A DNA stretch of 64,000 nucleotides from Bugula neritina (Eukaryota > Animalia > Bryozoa): positions 4,124,662 to 4,188,661 of the forward strand of contig OZ037770.1 of the NCBI GenBank assembly GCA_964035545.1. Reading direction: 5' to 3'. Shown one piece after another: positions 1-13,595 of this stretch. Both the position numbers and the translations under genes were made by a program. The notes beneath the pieces are model-generated. The model had not been told where the DNA came from, made no database searches, and saw only the letters and a list, made by a program, of their open reading frames with translations. Within the stretch, counting starts at the first letter, position 1. Each line of letters starts with the position of its first letter.

Positions 1-340
1 TGGAGCCGTATGGATATCATCTACTCAACATCATTCTACACTCATTAGTCACTGTCCAGTTTTATTGGTGAGCTCAGATTTTCATTGTGTGACTTCAATA
101 TTAAATCTATATAATACCTTTTTTGTTAAATGACGTTCAAATGGTTGTACTTTTTTAAAAAATCGTTTACTTTGTCATTGAATCACTCATCAAAGTATTT
201 AGTAAATTATCAGTAATTCATGTTTCATTTTATTAGTTACAGTTCAAAGTTGTTATTACATGTTTACTTCGATATATTGCTTCCTGCCGCACAATGGCAT
301 AGTATCTCTGTCTTACTCTATGCTGGGCTGTTGTCTGCCC

Positions 341-975
341 TCAGGCTATGTAAAGATATACTCAAGTATTGTATACTCTCAGGCTATGTAAAGATATACT
401 CAAGTATTGTATACTCTCAGGCTATGTAAAGATATACTCAAGTATTGTATACTCTCAGGCTATGTAGAGATATACTCAAGTATTATATACTCTCAGGCTA
501 TGTGAAGATATACTCAAGTATTGTATACTCTCAGGCTATGTAAAGATATACTCAAGTATTGTATACTCTCGGGCTATGTAAAGATATACTCAAGTATTGT
601 ATACTCTCAGGCTATGTAAAGATATACTCAAGTATTGTATACTCTCAGGCTATGTAGAGATATACTCAAGTATTGTATACTCTCAGGCTATGTAAAGATA
701 TACTCAAGTATTGTATACTCTCGGGCTATGTAAAGATATACTCAAGTATTGTATACTCTCAGGCTATGTAAAGATATACTCAAGTATTGTATACTCTCAG
801 GCTATATAAAGATATACTCAAGTATTGTGTACTCTCAGGCTATGTAAAGTTATACTCAAGTATTGTATACTCTCAGGCTATGTAAGGATATACTCAAGTA
901 TTGTATACTCTCAGGCTATGTAAAGATATACTCAAGTATTGTATACTCTCAGGCTATGTAAAGATATACTCAAGT
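341..975 (+). repeat. 38-bp tandem repeat, about 17 copies, spanning the intron/exon junction of a TMTC3 exon
   Basis: Unit TCAGGCTATGTAAAGATATACTCAAGTATTGTATACTC recurs at 341, 379 ... 911, 949. Confidence 0.97.
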
Positions 976-1186
976 GGTGTGCGATGGCTAGCCTCAGCTC
1001 CTCACTCTTATTCGCCGTTCACCCAGTTCATGTTGAAGCTGTGACTGGCGTTGTGGGTCGGGCGGAATTACTTTCTGCCTCACTGGCTTTATTAGTCATG
1101 CTGGTATACGATAAGTCAATCCACAGCAAAGGAATAGCCAGTAAGTGTTTTGTCATTTGAGTTATCTTTCTTATTTTATTCCCATA

Positions 1187-1394
1187 CAGTGTTCCCTCCA
1201 TATCTCGCTAAGCTGCAGGTTCTGAAACCTCAATCCGTGACATAGTAGAATGCTAGATTTAACTCATAGATCTGTTAGAGTCAGCCATCTTGTCCCTATA
1301 CACACACATAAGCCACCAAACAAGGGTCCAAGCTTTTCTAGTGAATTATGGGATTTCGTGAGATGTGGAGCCGTGAGATATGGAGGGAACACTG
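1187..1394. mobile_element. Tc1/mariner (pogo/Tigger-like) MITE
   Basis: TIRs CAGTGTTCCCTCCATATCTC / GAGATATGGAGGGAACACTG, flanked by TA on both sides. Confidence 0.85.
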
Positions 1395-1621
1395 TATCGT
1401 CATACTGACACATGTCAATGAGGTCATCACTAATGTTTTAGAGACTAGGATCAGTCTAATTGATTTAATCATTTATTTAATTACCTATTCAATGTAGTCC
1501 TTAGCTACATGAGTTTACTATTACAGCATGAGTCAGCTTTGTGTTCAGTTGAAATATAATTTTGTCATCACTAATGTTTTAGAGACTAGGATCAGTCTAA
1601 TTGATTTAATCATTTATTTAA

Positions 1622-4491
1622 TAGAGGGGTTTCAGACATCCCTCCAGAGGAATTTGTATTTTAAAGTTGTCTCCCCCTACAGGTATTAGGGGCAGTCTCA
1701 ATGATATATAGAAGGCCCATAAAATAAGTAGAGATGTATGGTTTGAGTGAAGACTACTACTAGTATGAGTTTCATTTTTTCTGAGATTAATATTTTAGCA
1801 TAGGTACACATATGAGCAGTTTCAGAAATTTTTTAAAAAATTTTGTTAATGATAAATGGCACAAAAAGAAAACTTCAAAGCATATTTGTGGTTTTGGTTA
1901 TTGAGCAAATCTGAAGCTGGCAGCTGTCATTATTATTTGCTTTGCTGACTGTAACCAGTCTGGTTAGAGCTGCTAACCTTTCAACTCTTAGAACAATAAT
2001 AACATGCTCGTACACTATATAGCTGCACTAGTGGGCTCTGTCTTACTAAACTCCAAATGCTCCAAATTATGGGTTGGAACACATGCCTGTACGTTTATGA
2101 AGGCACTGGCTCATTTGTATTAACATGTTCACGTACTTACACACCTATACTATGAAAATAACTAAGCCACCCTACTATCTAATATTTCTATATATCAAAA
2201 AAATTATCATAAATATAAAGATATGTATTAAAATAAATAGATTGAATTTGTAATTTCAAACAACATCTTATCTAAAAATGTCAAACACTGTATAACTATA
2301 TATATTTTTTAAAAGCATTTGTTTACATGGCATGCCTGCAAGTCAATGAAAATATTTAAAGAACAGTAAAAAGAAGCATATGAATTTCAGAATAGTTTCT
2401 TCTTTTCTGAGATGAATATTTTGGAAATGTCCCACAATTCAACATTTAAATTAAGTCTGTAAAAGAATTTTTCACAGTGTATTTTCAATGAATAATTATT
2501 CTTGCAAGCTGGTTTGTGTTTGTTCTGGCATGCCATTTTACAGTGGTCTAGTTAACTAGGTCAAAGTTCATTGAGGTGGAATTGTTTTATTAACCTCCTT
2601 GTGTTGATAAAATACTATCATTGGATTTAGAGCTTCTCTAAGCAACTTCGCAGTCTGATTAAATATCTGCGATACCTGCCTATTAGACAATCCAAACCTA
2701 AAAAATAATATACTAAATCTTTGTATTACATGAATGGTTGAAAAATAATGCAACAAATTGGGTAAAGCATGTTCAAGTAATGTGAAAAACTCAAAATATA
2801 AATGAGTCAAACTAGAGCTAGTCAAGTGTGTGGTGTTTTTGGCCAATTTATATGTGTTGTTTAATCAGCTTATTATGTAGTGATGTAATCCTATATAATG
2901 TAATTTAAGTTAGACAGCTAAAGTTGGACAGTTCTCATCGTGCACTTTCTTGAATAAGCAGTTATGTAATATAGAGAGACAGCTACTCAACAGAGAGCTT
3001 CAAGCAAACAAAATTCTTGCAACGAGGTTGATTGAATACAAAACAGCTGCTGTTATTCTTATAGCAGCATGCATTGTATAAGAGATAGCCTGATGGTTCA
3101 CATAGTTTACATACAGTGACATACCACTGAAAATTATTAGAAACCACAGAAAAGATATAAAGGAGAGAATGCTGGCACAAAGGAAGTATAGCAATGCGGT
3201 CAAATATATGGCTGAAAACTGACCTAGAGATAAATAAGTACAAAATGTACATAATATAGCTAAATCAGTAAAGCCAAATGATTTAATATAAAAAGCATTA
3301 TCTGGGAATTTAGTAAAACTTAGTGCATTATTTAGAACTCCACCTTTGAGCAAAATCCTTATGGAGTAAAGCCAATCTTAATTTCATTAGTGTCATAAGA
3401 ATGCAGTCATTATGACATAGTTCGTTCTTTCTATACTTTACAGCTGGTACTAAATGTACATTTCAACTTTTTTTTTGAAAACAAAATAAGTTGCTTTGGC
3501 TGAAAAGTGCTTTTTTTGATGATTTTTTTTCTGCAATGCAGCAGTATACAATTTACAATGCTCCAAAAACATTTTTTTATTAGGAATGTTGGTATACAAA
3601 CAGCTTGCAAGAATAGTTATTTATTGAAAATACACTGTGAAATTTTTTTTTACAGACTTAATTTAAATGTTGAATTGTGGGACATTTCCAAAATATTCAT
3701 CTCAGAAAAGAAGAAACTATTCTGAAATTTATATGCTTCTTTTTACTGTTCTATAAATATTTTCATTGACTTGCAGGCATGCCATGTAAACAAATGCTTT
3801 TAAAAAATATATATAGTTATACAGTGTTTGGCATTTTTAGATAAGATGTTGTTTGAAATTACAAACTTAATCTATCTATTTTAATACATATCTTTATATT
3901 TATGATAATTTTTTTGATATATAGAAATATTAGAGATAGTAGGGTGACTTAGCTATTTTCATAGTATAGGTGTGTAAGTACGTGAACATGTTAATACAAA
4001 TGACCCAGTGCCTTCATAAACGTACAGGCATGTGTTCCAACCCATAATTTGGAGCATTTGGAGTTCAGTAAGACAGAGCCCACTAGTGCAGCTATATAGT
4101 GTACGAGCATGTTATTATTGTTCTAAGAGTTGAAAGGTTAGCAGCTCTAACCAGACTGGTTACAGTCAGCAAAGCAAATAATAATGACAGCTGCCAGCTT
4201 CAGATTTGCTCAATAACCAAAACCACAAATATGCTTTGAAGTTTTCTTTTTGTGCCATTTACATTAACAAAATTTTTTAAAAAATTTCTGAAACTGCTCA
4301 TATGTGTACCTATGCCAAAATATTAATCTCAGAAAAAATGAAACTCATACTAGTAGTAGTATTCACTCAAACCATACATCTCTACTTATTTTATGGGCCT
4401 TCTATATATCATTGAGACTGCCCCTAATACCTGTAGGGGGAGACAACTTTAAAATACAAATTCCTCTGGAGGGATGTCTGAAACCCCTCTA
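1622..4491. mobile_element. Non-autonomous foldback-type DNA element with about 890-bp terminal inverted repeats
   Basis: 1622-2511 is the near-perfect reverse complement of 3601-4491 (TAGAGGGGTTTCAGAC...GTCTGAAACCCCTCTA). It interrupts the second copy of a ~140-bp tandem duplication whose first copy (1423-1563) shows the empty site. Confidence 0.9.
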
Positions 4492-4976
4492 TTATCTATT
4501 CAATGTAGTCCTTAGCTACATGAGTTTACTATTACAGCATGAGTCAGCTTTGTGTTCAGTTGAAATATAATTTTGTATTCTAAACCAAACAACAACAAAA
4601 ATATTTCGTAGGATAACAGTTTTTTAAGTACAAAATTTGTTATCCCATGAAATATTTTTGGAGTTTTCTTCCTTTCATACCAACTGATCAGTTGTCTATC
4701 TACCAATATAATATTTTGTGTTTATTTCTACTTTGTGATTGGCAGATAAACAGTCTACTAGTAATCACTCTCCTGTATCTTCACTACTCTGCTACCTGTT
4801 AACTCTAAACCTTTCAGGTATATTTGGTTACCTGTGTACTGTACTGTTGCTGTTGGCTGCCACTCTGTGTAAGGAACAAGGCATCACCATCTCTGCCGTC
4901 TGCCTGCTTTACGATCTATTTATAGTACAACAGGTAAGAAGTACCTGCACCTTGGTGTCACTCAATGCGTGAATTA

Positions 4977-5303
4977 CAGCAAAGCTGGCCAACAGGTGGC
5001 CCCAGGGTCGGATGTGGCCCCCAGCTTACATTTATGTGGCCCTTGAAGGCATAACAGATAAACTTATATATGAATTAGAGTAGGAAAACCTCCCTTTAAA
5101 TGTCTTATATTTATATAAATTAAAAACATGCAGCCTGCAGTAGTAAGAAAGACTTTATTGTGTAATGATTCATAGGAATTTGGAATAAATTTATTAGAAA
5201 ATTACTGATACTTTGGCTCCCCCAGCTCAAGCTACATTTACAATGTGGCCCTCACTACCAGAATATTCCCTTTCAGTGACCCTGAAAAGGTTGGACAACC
5301 CTT
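4977..5303. mobile_element. Degenerate hAT (Charlie-like) MITE
   Basis: Ends CAGCAAAGCTGGCCAAC... and ...AAAAGGTTGGACAACCCT, with internal GTGGCCC motifs typical of hAT MITEs. No clear TSD. Confidence 0.5.
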
Positions 5304-8300
5304 AATTATAGTTTAGTGATAAGTGATGACCTGTTTAGTAGTAACAAGTAGTTAATCAAAGTAGTCCAGGCTGCATCACTTAATAAACTTGTATCTATGG
5401 AAATGGTAGTGGATTCTAACCTACACTGTGGTTGCTATCGAAACTCATTATATACTATAATTAGACCAACCAAGTGTTCAAAAATATGCTGCAGTCAATT
5501 TTACATAATGCACATTTATATAGTTGATTTTGCCTTCCCGTAACATAAGATGTGCTTTTCTGGTTCACATAGTTTCTTTACTGAGCAAATCTTAGCTTTC
5601 TATCACAAAGTTCCAACTTACAAATGACCTTCAAATTAAATGACCTTTAAATGTAATATTTTAATAAAACATGTAACACACTTAGACCAGAGTATTAGTA
5701 ATGTTGATGTTAATGAACATGGATATGGCATTGTGATGTCATATTAACTTGTATTGCAGATGGTATTGAAAGATGTGTTAGATTTAGCAAAGAAAGTGTT
5801 GACTTTGAAGTTGGCTTCCCTTTCCTCATCACACAAGCAGCTGATATGCAGAACTGTGTTCATGGTTACTTCAGTCATTCTGATTTTGATACTTCGAGTT
5901 GGTGTCATCGGGGCACAACTACCTGTATTTACCACGTGAGTTATGAAATCGTCTATAAGCAGCTCCTAGCTGGGGGTGACTGAGTGCAGTAGTTTGGGAT
6001 TCTCAATTTTAGAGTTGAGGGTTCCAACCTGAAAGCTTGGCCTCACACTTGTGAGAATCACAAGTAATTTTGTGACAATTTTGTGAGTTTTCCTCTCGTT
6101 AATACCAGCCACACACTCGTTGGACGAAAAACATAATAAATAGTCCATGAATGAGTCTTGCATGAGGTACAAACAGCAGAAACGTGGCAGAAGTGAAATA
6201 ATTATTTTTGCTAAAATTCTATTGACCAATCAAATGGGGCTTATCAAACTACTACACTCAGTTACCCAGTAAGCAGAGCTGCCTATAAAACTCTCCAAGA
6301 GATATAATGTTGGATTGATAAATATTGTTTCATGTAGGTAAAATTTCATTCCAAATTCTTATAAATTTAGCAATAAGTTTGCACTGTTGACGAATTCTTG
6401 TTAACAAAGTGTAATATCTTATATATTTTGCGCCTTCTGCTACGTTGGAAAGTTTTGCAAAGTGACTTCATATTGTTTAGCCTGAGTATCTGTTACTCCA
6501 GTCCTCTTACTATTTGGGTGCCGGCTTAGCAAACCTCATTTCTTAGATGTTTTGAGGAAATTATTTTCTCAACCAATTTGCGCTAATCAGTGATTTCCAA
6601 ATCAATACTTGATGCAAAAATTGTAGTGTAGTTTGGAAATTCAGTCATTTTGTGTTGTAGCCTCAGTTCTAACCTTAGTTTAGAGTGTTTGGTAGATCTC
6701 AGACTTGCTTTATTATTAGTAATACAAAGCTGTAAATGCTTTACTTTCCTCATAATATTCTCCCTTCTGTTTATTTTGTAGATTTGATAACCCAGCTAGT
6801 AATGTGACAATTCCCTACAGACAACTGACTTACAACTATTTAGTAGCTGTTAACATGTGCTTGTTGGTATGCCCCGCCTACCTCTGCTGTGATTGGTCAA
6901 TGGGTACTGTGCCTGTCATACAGTCCTTTCTAGACTATAGGAATGTGTGTACAGTTGCAGCATACATAGCAGTCTTCAAATTAGTCAAATACTCCAATCA
7001 GTTCAGATCTACCTTCTCAGACAGGATGTTTATGGTGAATAGCTCCTTATAGCTCAACATATTTAACTTTTTAAAACTATTATTACATATTGGTGAAGTT
7101 ATCTTTCCTTAGCTTACACTGTTTCACCAGTATAGCTAATGATTAAACCATTGTTTATTGCCTTGTATGTTGTAGTCATTAGTGCTGATAGTATTTCCAT
7201 TTCTACCTGCCAGCAACCTGTTCTTCCCTGTCGGCTTTGTTATAGCTGAGAGAGTGCTTTATATACCTAGCTTAGGATACTGTCTTTTGATTGGCTCGTT
7301 ATTCACCTACCTGTATAACCAACACAGGTAAATATGTTTTGTGCGTGTGTGCGTATATAATTACAATTTTGAAATTCTAATCTCCATATTTAAAAACAAA
7401 CAATTTGCATATTTTTAACCTTCCTGTCAATTAGGAGAGAAATATATAAACTATTATTATAAACTGTTGTACTATATCATAGTTGTTATGGTATTATATT
7501 ATATAACTACTTCTCTTGTAGACAGTCTATATACAGATATATCCTAGCAGGGAGTTATCTTCTCCTCATTATCTCTGGTGCCATGAGAACTGTGTCCAGG
7601 AATAGAGACTGGGAGAATGATTACTCATTATTCAACTCTGCCATGAGGTTAGTTACATTTTATTATATAACATTCATTAGTACAAATTCTATTACAATTA
7701 TATATTATATAATTACGTTGTTATATTGGAAATAATTAATTAATTAATTAAAACAATTTATTATAATATTATATTATTATAATTTAGTTTGAAATTATAT
7801 TATGAGTTATTGTTGCGGCTGTAAACAGTAAACACCAGTAACAGATAATGTAAACAAACTACACAATAAATAGATAGCTATGATGTCATGATAAACTATA
7901 ATAGTAATATAGAGAGTATTGTATAGTAGTTGACAGGAAATGATGTAATAATGAGTCATCATGTTTAAGAGAGTTGAAAAGCTGAAATCTAGAATCAACT
8001 TGTTCAATTAGGAATAGTTAAATTCAGAAATATTTTAGCTATATTCTGAGTTCAGCACTTCTCCGCTATCCCTTAACCTAAATATTATATCATATATTAT
8101 ATAATATTACATATAATATTATATTATATGTTATATTATATAATATTTTTAATATTGTATTATATTACATTATATTATATACAATATTATATGTAATATT
8201 ATATATAATACTATAAAATATATATTAGTATGTTGTGGCAAACTTTTAGCATTATGGTCAGCACTTCTCATCTCTTGACCTCCAAGGTTCGACATCTCAT

Positions 8301-10278
8301 TGTTATATAAGCAACAGAATGAAGGTGCTGCTTATTGTTACTGACAGCTTGTGATATTCATTCTACTCAAAGCTAAATTTAGCTGCTACTCATTTAGTAC
8401 ACCTGCACCTGTAACATGGATGTCAACATGGTTTCACGACAAATCTTCTCATTCGATACGTTTAAATTTTAGATTTACTGAGCAGAATGCTAAAGCGTGG
8501 AACAATGTGGGGCACTCTCTTGAATCGGAGGGAAAGTTTGAAGAAGCCTTGCACTATTTCTACAGCGCTGTTAGGTAGTTATCTTCTCTTACTTGTATCT
8601 GAGATGTTATTATAAATAAGAAACATTGTATAGCTAGTCTTACATTCATTACAACAGAGTACAGCCGGATGATATTGGGTCACACATCAATGTAGGCAGA
8701 ACACTGAAGGAACTGGGAGACAACTCTGGTGCTGAAGTTGCCCTTCGTTCAGCCTTGGAGCTTCTCCCACCCGTGAAGAAAGGTGAGTCATTTAAGGATG
8801 CCAAATATGTTCCATTTTTATTGAAATTTTAATCAGCTATTCAATATAAATCAATTAATTTATATAACTATACAGTTGTATATGCATATTGCTATGTAAT
8901 CGATAGTAGTAGTGTGGAGTGCTGTATATAACAGTGTTGTACTGTGGGTAGTTAACCTATAGTATAATATAATAAGTACTTCACATAGTAATATGAACTC
9001 TATTTAGTCTAGTGTCTAGCTATGTTCACTTTTCTTCTAATCAATAGTTCACCCACCTTTCCCTCAATAACTATAATTTGTAACTATAGATTTATTCAAC
9101 AATGATGATTTCGAAATTTAAGAGTTGTCTTCTTCTAAAGACAGTTATAGTTAATCATTACCACACAGAAATTAATTAATAAAAAGGATATTGGTTTTGT
9201 CATTTCTTTCATTTTTAAACATTCAATTTTTACTAGTTATAAATTTTTAATTATGTTTCAACTTTTATTGACCATCAGTGTTTCTATGTAATATAATGTA
9301 ATATAATACTGTGTTATTATGACCATTATGTTATTATAATTATATATTAAAAAGTTAGTTATATATAGTAACATAATCATAGTACACAATCCTATATATC
9401 ACAGACCCAGGTTACATATTTGCATGTTCTCCACAACTTGGTAGTAAAATACTGCTAATTACAGGCAATTATTCAGACATTACTTTCACAACTCTTTCCC
9501 CTGGTAACTATAATAGGCTATTTATTGTTAGTCTCCATCTTAGTGTAAGTAGTGTTTAGCTACTGTAGGTTATGAGTCTCTGCAGAGTTGATAACTTCAT
9601 GTTATTGATTGCTCATATAACAGTTTATTAGTTACATCTCTATTCACACTTCACTAGTTACATCCTTCTCACATGCTGCCTGCTGCCTTAGCTACTTCTG
9701 TCTTCATTTTCTAGGCGTTGCTTAAATTTTTTCCTGCATTTTGCTTTTGCAAACTCTTTGAAATCTCTTGTGATACTACAATTTAAAAAAATAAAAATAT
9801 AATTCAAAAACTTGATGTCAATTTAAATTAAAAACTTGATTTTAATTTAAATTAAAATTTTAACATATAAGCAATGAGCAATAAATTGCACCAGATGTAG
9901 AAAATAGTATGCCTCAGTTTAAAGAGACTGTTATAGATAGAAACTGGGTCCCTTGTTATACTCAGGTTACCTCTAAACTTGTCAGCTTTGAGCACTGGAA
10001 CAACTATTCGATGTAGACAATTGCTAATATTCAAAGTGCGATGAAAGTTTTGTAAAATATTCTTTAATGTAGTATATTGGTGTTATGCATAGGCCTTTCT
10101 TAAGTAAACATTGATGTCACCAGTTTATGCTGTGATGTCACTAGTTTAGGCTGTGTTGTCTCCGATTTCTGTAGTATTTATATAATCAACTTATGCATTG
10201 CTTTCACTATAGAATAGAATAATCAAATAATGTAGTCATGTCAACAGTTTGCACAGTTGACATTAGTTTATATTATGG

Positions 10279-10413
10279 TGTCACTAGTTTATGTTGTGAT
10301 GTCACTAGTTTATGTTGCGATGTCACTAGTCTATGTGGTTATGTCACTAGTGTATGTTGTGATGTCACTAGTTTATGTTGTGATGTCACTAGTTTATGTG
10401 GTGATGTCACTAG
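10279..10413 (+). repeat. 21-bp minisatellite (TGTCACTAGTTTATGTTGTGA), with two more degenerate copies at about 10112-10150
   Basis: Direct repeats are visible; they produce the spurious CDVTSLC ORFs. Confidence 0.9.
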
Positions 10414-12439
10414 TGTATATATATAATGAATTCACTTGTGTTGCAGTGTTTCTCCAAAGTAAAGAGTCTAGAACCCAGTAACATCCAGGGCCAACACAAC
10501 CTCTGTGTAGTCTATGTGGAGAAGGGAGAGCTGGACCTAGCAGAATCCTGTCTTACTGCCATCATGGCTGCCGCAATACGTTCAGCAGCACCTTGCCATT
10601 GTCAGACAGCGTCTGGCAGATAAACAAAGACCTACCTAGTTATTTATTAGTCTATAGGGTAGTTATCTGGAATGTTATTATATTACTCTGTAAATCTACA
10701 CTCAGTTACTTATCAGGAGCATTAATCATGAATCTCATTAATTCTAGAATTTATTTTTGCAAAAACCTATTCTATATGTTTGCTAGTGCTGAGCTGGTAT
10801 CGTGGATCTCTCAGGATTTTCTGTACTGTTTCTTTAGTTCTGAGCTTTTGATATTTTCAAATGTATTCACTAAATACCAGAAGAAATCTTGTGTATTTTG
10901 AGGTTAAGTGACGTAGTGCTGACAACAGCAATTACCTAAAATGTCAAGGACTTGTAATAGGCCCAAAAGAAAAGTTGTTACCAAATACTGTTACTGGTGC
11001 AGCCCTACTATCTGCTTCACTGATTGCACAGCTCTAAAGACATTAAGTTACGGATTAGCTTAGCTTACTTCTATATTATGTATACTTCATAACTGTTGAG
11101 AATTGAACTAATAGTATTAGAAGAGCATATATTATAAAACTAGTTTTTGTACCTTTTAGTTTAATGTTGAATTTCTACTTTACTATTATTTTGCTAAGCA
11201 GGGTATCATTCTAACTATTTGAATTATGATCTGTACATTCCTAGTCTGTGATGAAATAAAATATATTTTGTAAATTGACATGTTATCAGTTTTCACATCC
11301 TGTGCATGAGCTGAATCCACCTTTGATTCATAATCACTGAAGAGGTCAATTTTTGTTAATAAGTACCTCTAATAACTCCAAACCAGGTGTTTATGGTTTG
11401 TGACTTGAAACTTACTTAAGTTCAACTTGTAACTACTTGATGGTCAACCATCCTAATAAATTTCACAGCATAATAAATTACAGTATAATTTAAAACACCT
11501 GCAATCTAGTATAGGCTATCTTTTTCAGTGTGTTGAACTATAACATAATATGTTCTATTTAGACCTAATTCTACATACATATACCATCTTAATTTTAGAC
11601 CTACATGTAGTCTTATATTGCATGCTAGTTGTTGGGACTTTACATATGCTGGGAAAGCTTTTCTCTAATGCATGATATATTTTCGCATATCTCAGCTATG
11701 CCAGCTACATTATGCTTTTTCCATATTCAGTACAGCTACTACGCGAAAGCTAACCTTTTTCACTAGTTTAAAACCCAGAAGTTCCGCTTATCCGCACACT
11801 TACACTTAAATATTTCTATACACAGCACTAGTGAAGACTTTTTGCTGTGATATACACAATTTAGACCAAGTATTATATACTAGTTAGACTTATTGCTATT
11901 CAGATAATGTATTTCTCATTGCTACATAAGTTGCAACTGTTAGTTAAGTTTGAGTACGATTTACATATTTTGACAATACTCTATTTGAAGTTAAATCATG
12001 CGTTATTCTACAGTTTCACAGGGTACAACATCAACTTTTTAACTTCAACCAAATAAAGAGTGTTCTTTATGCTGACCTTCTCATGTATGACTATTATGTT
12101 GTGGTGGCTCGTGGAGCTACCAACAGCACAATACGCAAGGTCGCGTATTGACCCGGAACTATGTACTCAGCCAATTAGCGAAGCTGCTAGTGAGTAGCAG
12201 TAGTTAGCTTCGGGGTACTAGTCAGTTGAGGATAGTGCAGTAAATTAAATAGACGTGTGACTTGTTAACTGTTATTATATCGTTTTTATTATGTATTCTT
12301 GTACTTAAAATATAACGATAACAACTCGACTCATCCTGGTGAAGTTCTCTAGCAGCAAATAGACTCTCTTGGTTACACATCAACCCTAATTCCGAAAAAG
12401 ATAACAGTGGTGGCAGCGGTGGGATAGTGTACATCAAAG

Positions 12440-13306
12440 ATGGAGACTGGAAATGCTAGAATGCAACCACCCCAAGTAGATGGTGAGCGTAGAAATGATG
12501 TTAATCCTGTGAATCATGTGGGGGAAGAAGCTTATCGATGTTGCTTGAAAGCCCCCACCTTTACTGGGTCAGAAGATGTCGAACAGTTTATACAGGAATT
12601 TAGAGAAGTAATGGATATTGCCCAATGGCCACATAGAGTGGCCCTTATCCAATTGCAGAGAGCGTTGACGGAGCAAGCCAAGCCGTACGGAGTAGGAATA
12701 AACGTAGACGGGATATTGGCTGCGTTGCGGGCCCGTTTTGGCATCTCCGCAAAAGACGCCAGGACCATGTTACAGAGATTGTGCCGCGCCTCGCGGACCT
12801 CGCTGCAAGAACATGCCGCGACGGTGAAGAAGCTGGCACAAATTGCATATGGTGATCTACCAACACAACACCAAGAGCGTTACACCTATGACGCTTTTGT
12901 CCAGTCACTAAACGACCTGGGCCTACACCATCAACTACGAGCTAAAGGGATAACCAGAATAGAGGATGCCCTGAAGGCTGCAGAAGCTTATCTGTTGGCT
13001 ACCCAAATGCATCGAGCGCAAAGGAACCTACCAGCAGTTGGAGTCAGTGCTGCCAGAGCTACGACGGACCACGAAGCTCTCCCTCTGGAAGCCGAAGTAG
13101 ACCGTATGGTAGAGATGTTGGGACAGCTGGTAACGATTCTGGCCGGCGCTGGCCCCGGTCGGGCCCTGCAGTTGTCCCCAACACCTGTGGGGCCGGGCTG
13201 GAGTAGTGCTGGTCAAGACCATGGACAGCAAGGACGACCCCAACACCAGGGGGCATTAAACTGTCACGGCCCGCGGACGCCCTTCCTCCCCGCGGGCCGA
13301 AACTGA
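12440..13306 (+). CDS. gag: Gypsy Gag (288 aa)
   Basis: PTFTGSEDVEQFIQEF..W..L...LRARFG capsid-like motifs; starts just after the PBS. Confidence 0.85.
   Translation: METGNARMQPPQVDGERRNDVNPVNHVGEEAYRCCLKAPTFTGSEDVEQFIQEFREVMDIAQWPHRVALIQLQRALTEQAKPYGVGINVDGILAALRARFGISAKDARTMLQRLCRASRTSLQEHAATVKKLAQIAYGDLPTQHQERYTYDAFVQSLNDLGLHHQLRAKGITRIEDALKAAEAYLLATQMHRAQRNLPAVGVSAARATTDHEALPLEAEVDRMVEMLGQLVTILAGAGPGRALQLSPTPVGPGWSSAGQDHGQQGRPQHQGALNCHGPRTPFLPAGRN
13255..13298 (+). promoter_or_regulatory. Probable -1 ribosomal frameshift signal between gag and pol
   Basis: A TTA AAC heptamer in the gag frame, 6-nt spacer, 9-bp stem GGCCCGCGG/CCGCGGGCC. The -1 frame stays open for more than 110 codons towards the protease. 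Confidence 0.6.
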
Positions 13307-13595
13307 AGGAGCATAGTGGGACACGCCGCCGCCTGTCCGTACGGACACGACGGTACACTCCCCCCGAGTGGCAGGTACCACGCAGGACTAGCAGGCCTGC
13401 ACAGCGGCCGAGTACCTTCTCCCTGCCACTCACCAACCGGTTCCACCGGTCACCTCGGGAAGAGGAGCCCGCCAATGAATTAGAGCCGGAAGGCCCAGTG
13501 GAGAGCCCCGAGTCCCGCCAGCACCAACCACGCCGCCGGAAACCCCGTAAACCACGGGTAAAACCCCCGCCGTCCTACCCATTCAGGACAACACA

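Larger units (their letters stand above)
1..10639 (+). pseudogene. TMTC3: TMTC3-like protein O-mannosyltransferase gene, 3' part; probably disrupted (TPR exons missing, last exon frameshifted)
   Basis: GT-AG exons with matching phases: <1-67, 953-1140, 4818-4933, 5760-5935, 6782-7034, 7176-7327, 7522-7647, 8473-8574, 8658-8782, then 10447-10639. Motifs: [125 protein letters not shown]. The last two are TMTC3-type. Confidence 0.85.

Noticed and set aside
341-975. 38-bp array as a CRISPR array
   Set aside because: The units are contiguous with no unique spacers, the context is a eukaryotic intron, and there are no cas genes.
2568-3353. Hydrophobic ORFs in the centre of the foldback element
   Set aside because: Short, with no recognisable motifs; expected by chance in AT-rich DNA.
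9690-10075. Minus-strand exon-like piece (ITRDFKEFAKAKCRKKF) resembling a hAT C-terminus
   Set aside because: Too short and degenerate, with no TIR or TSD found.
10238-10481. Cys/Val-rich repeat ORFs
   Set aside because: They are artefacts of the 21-bp minisatellite.
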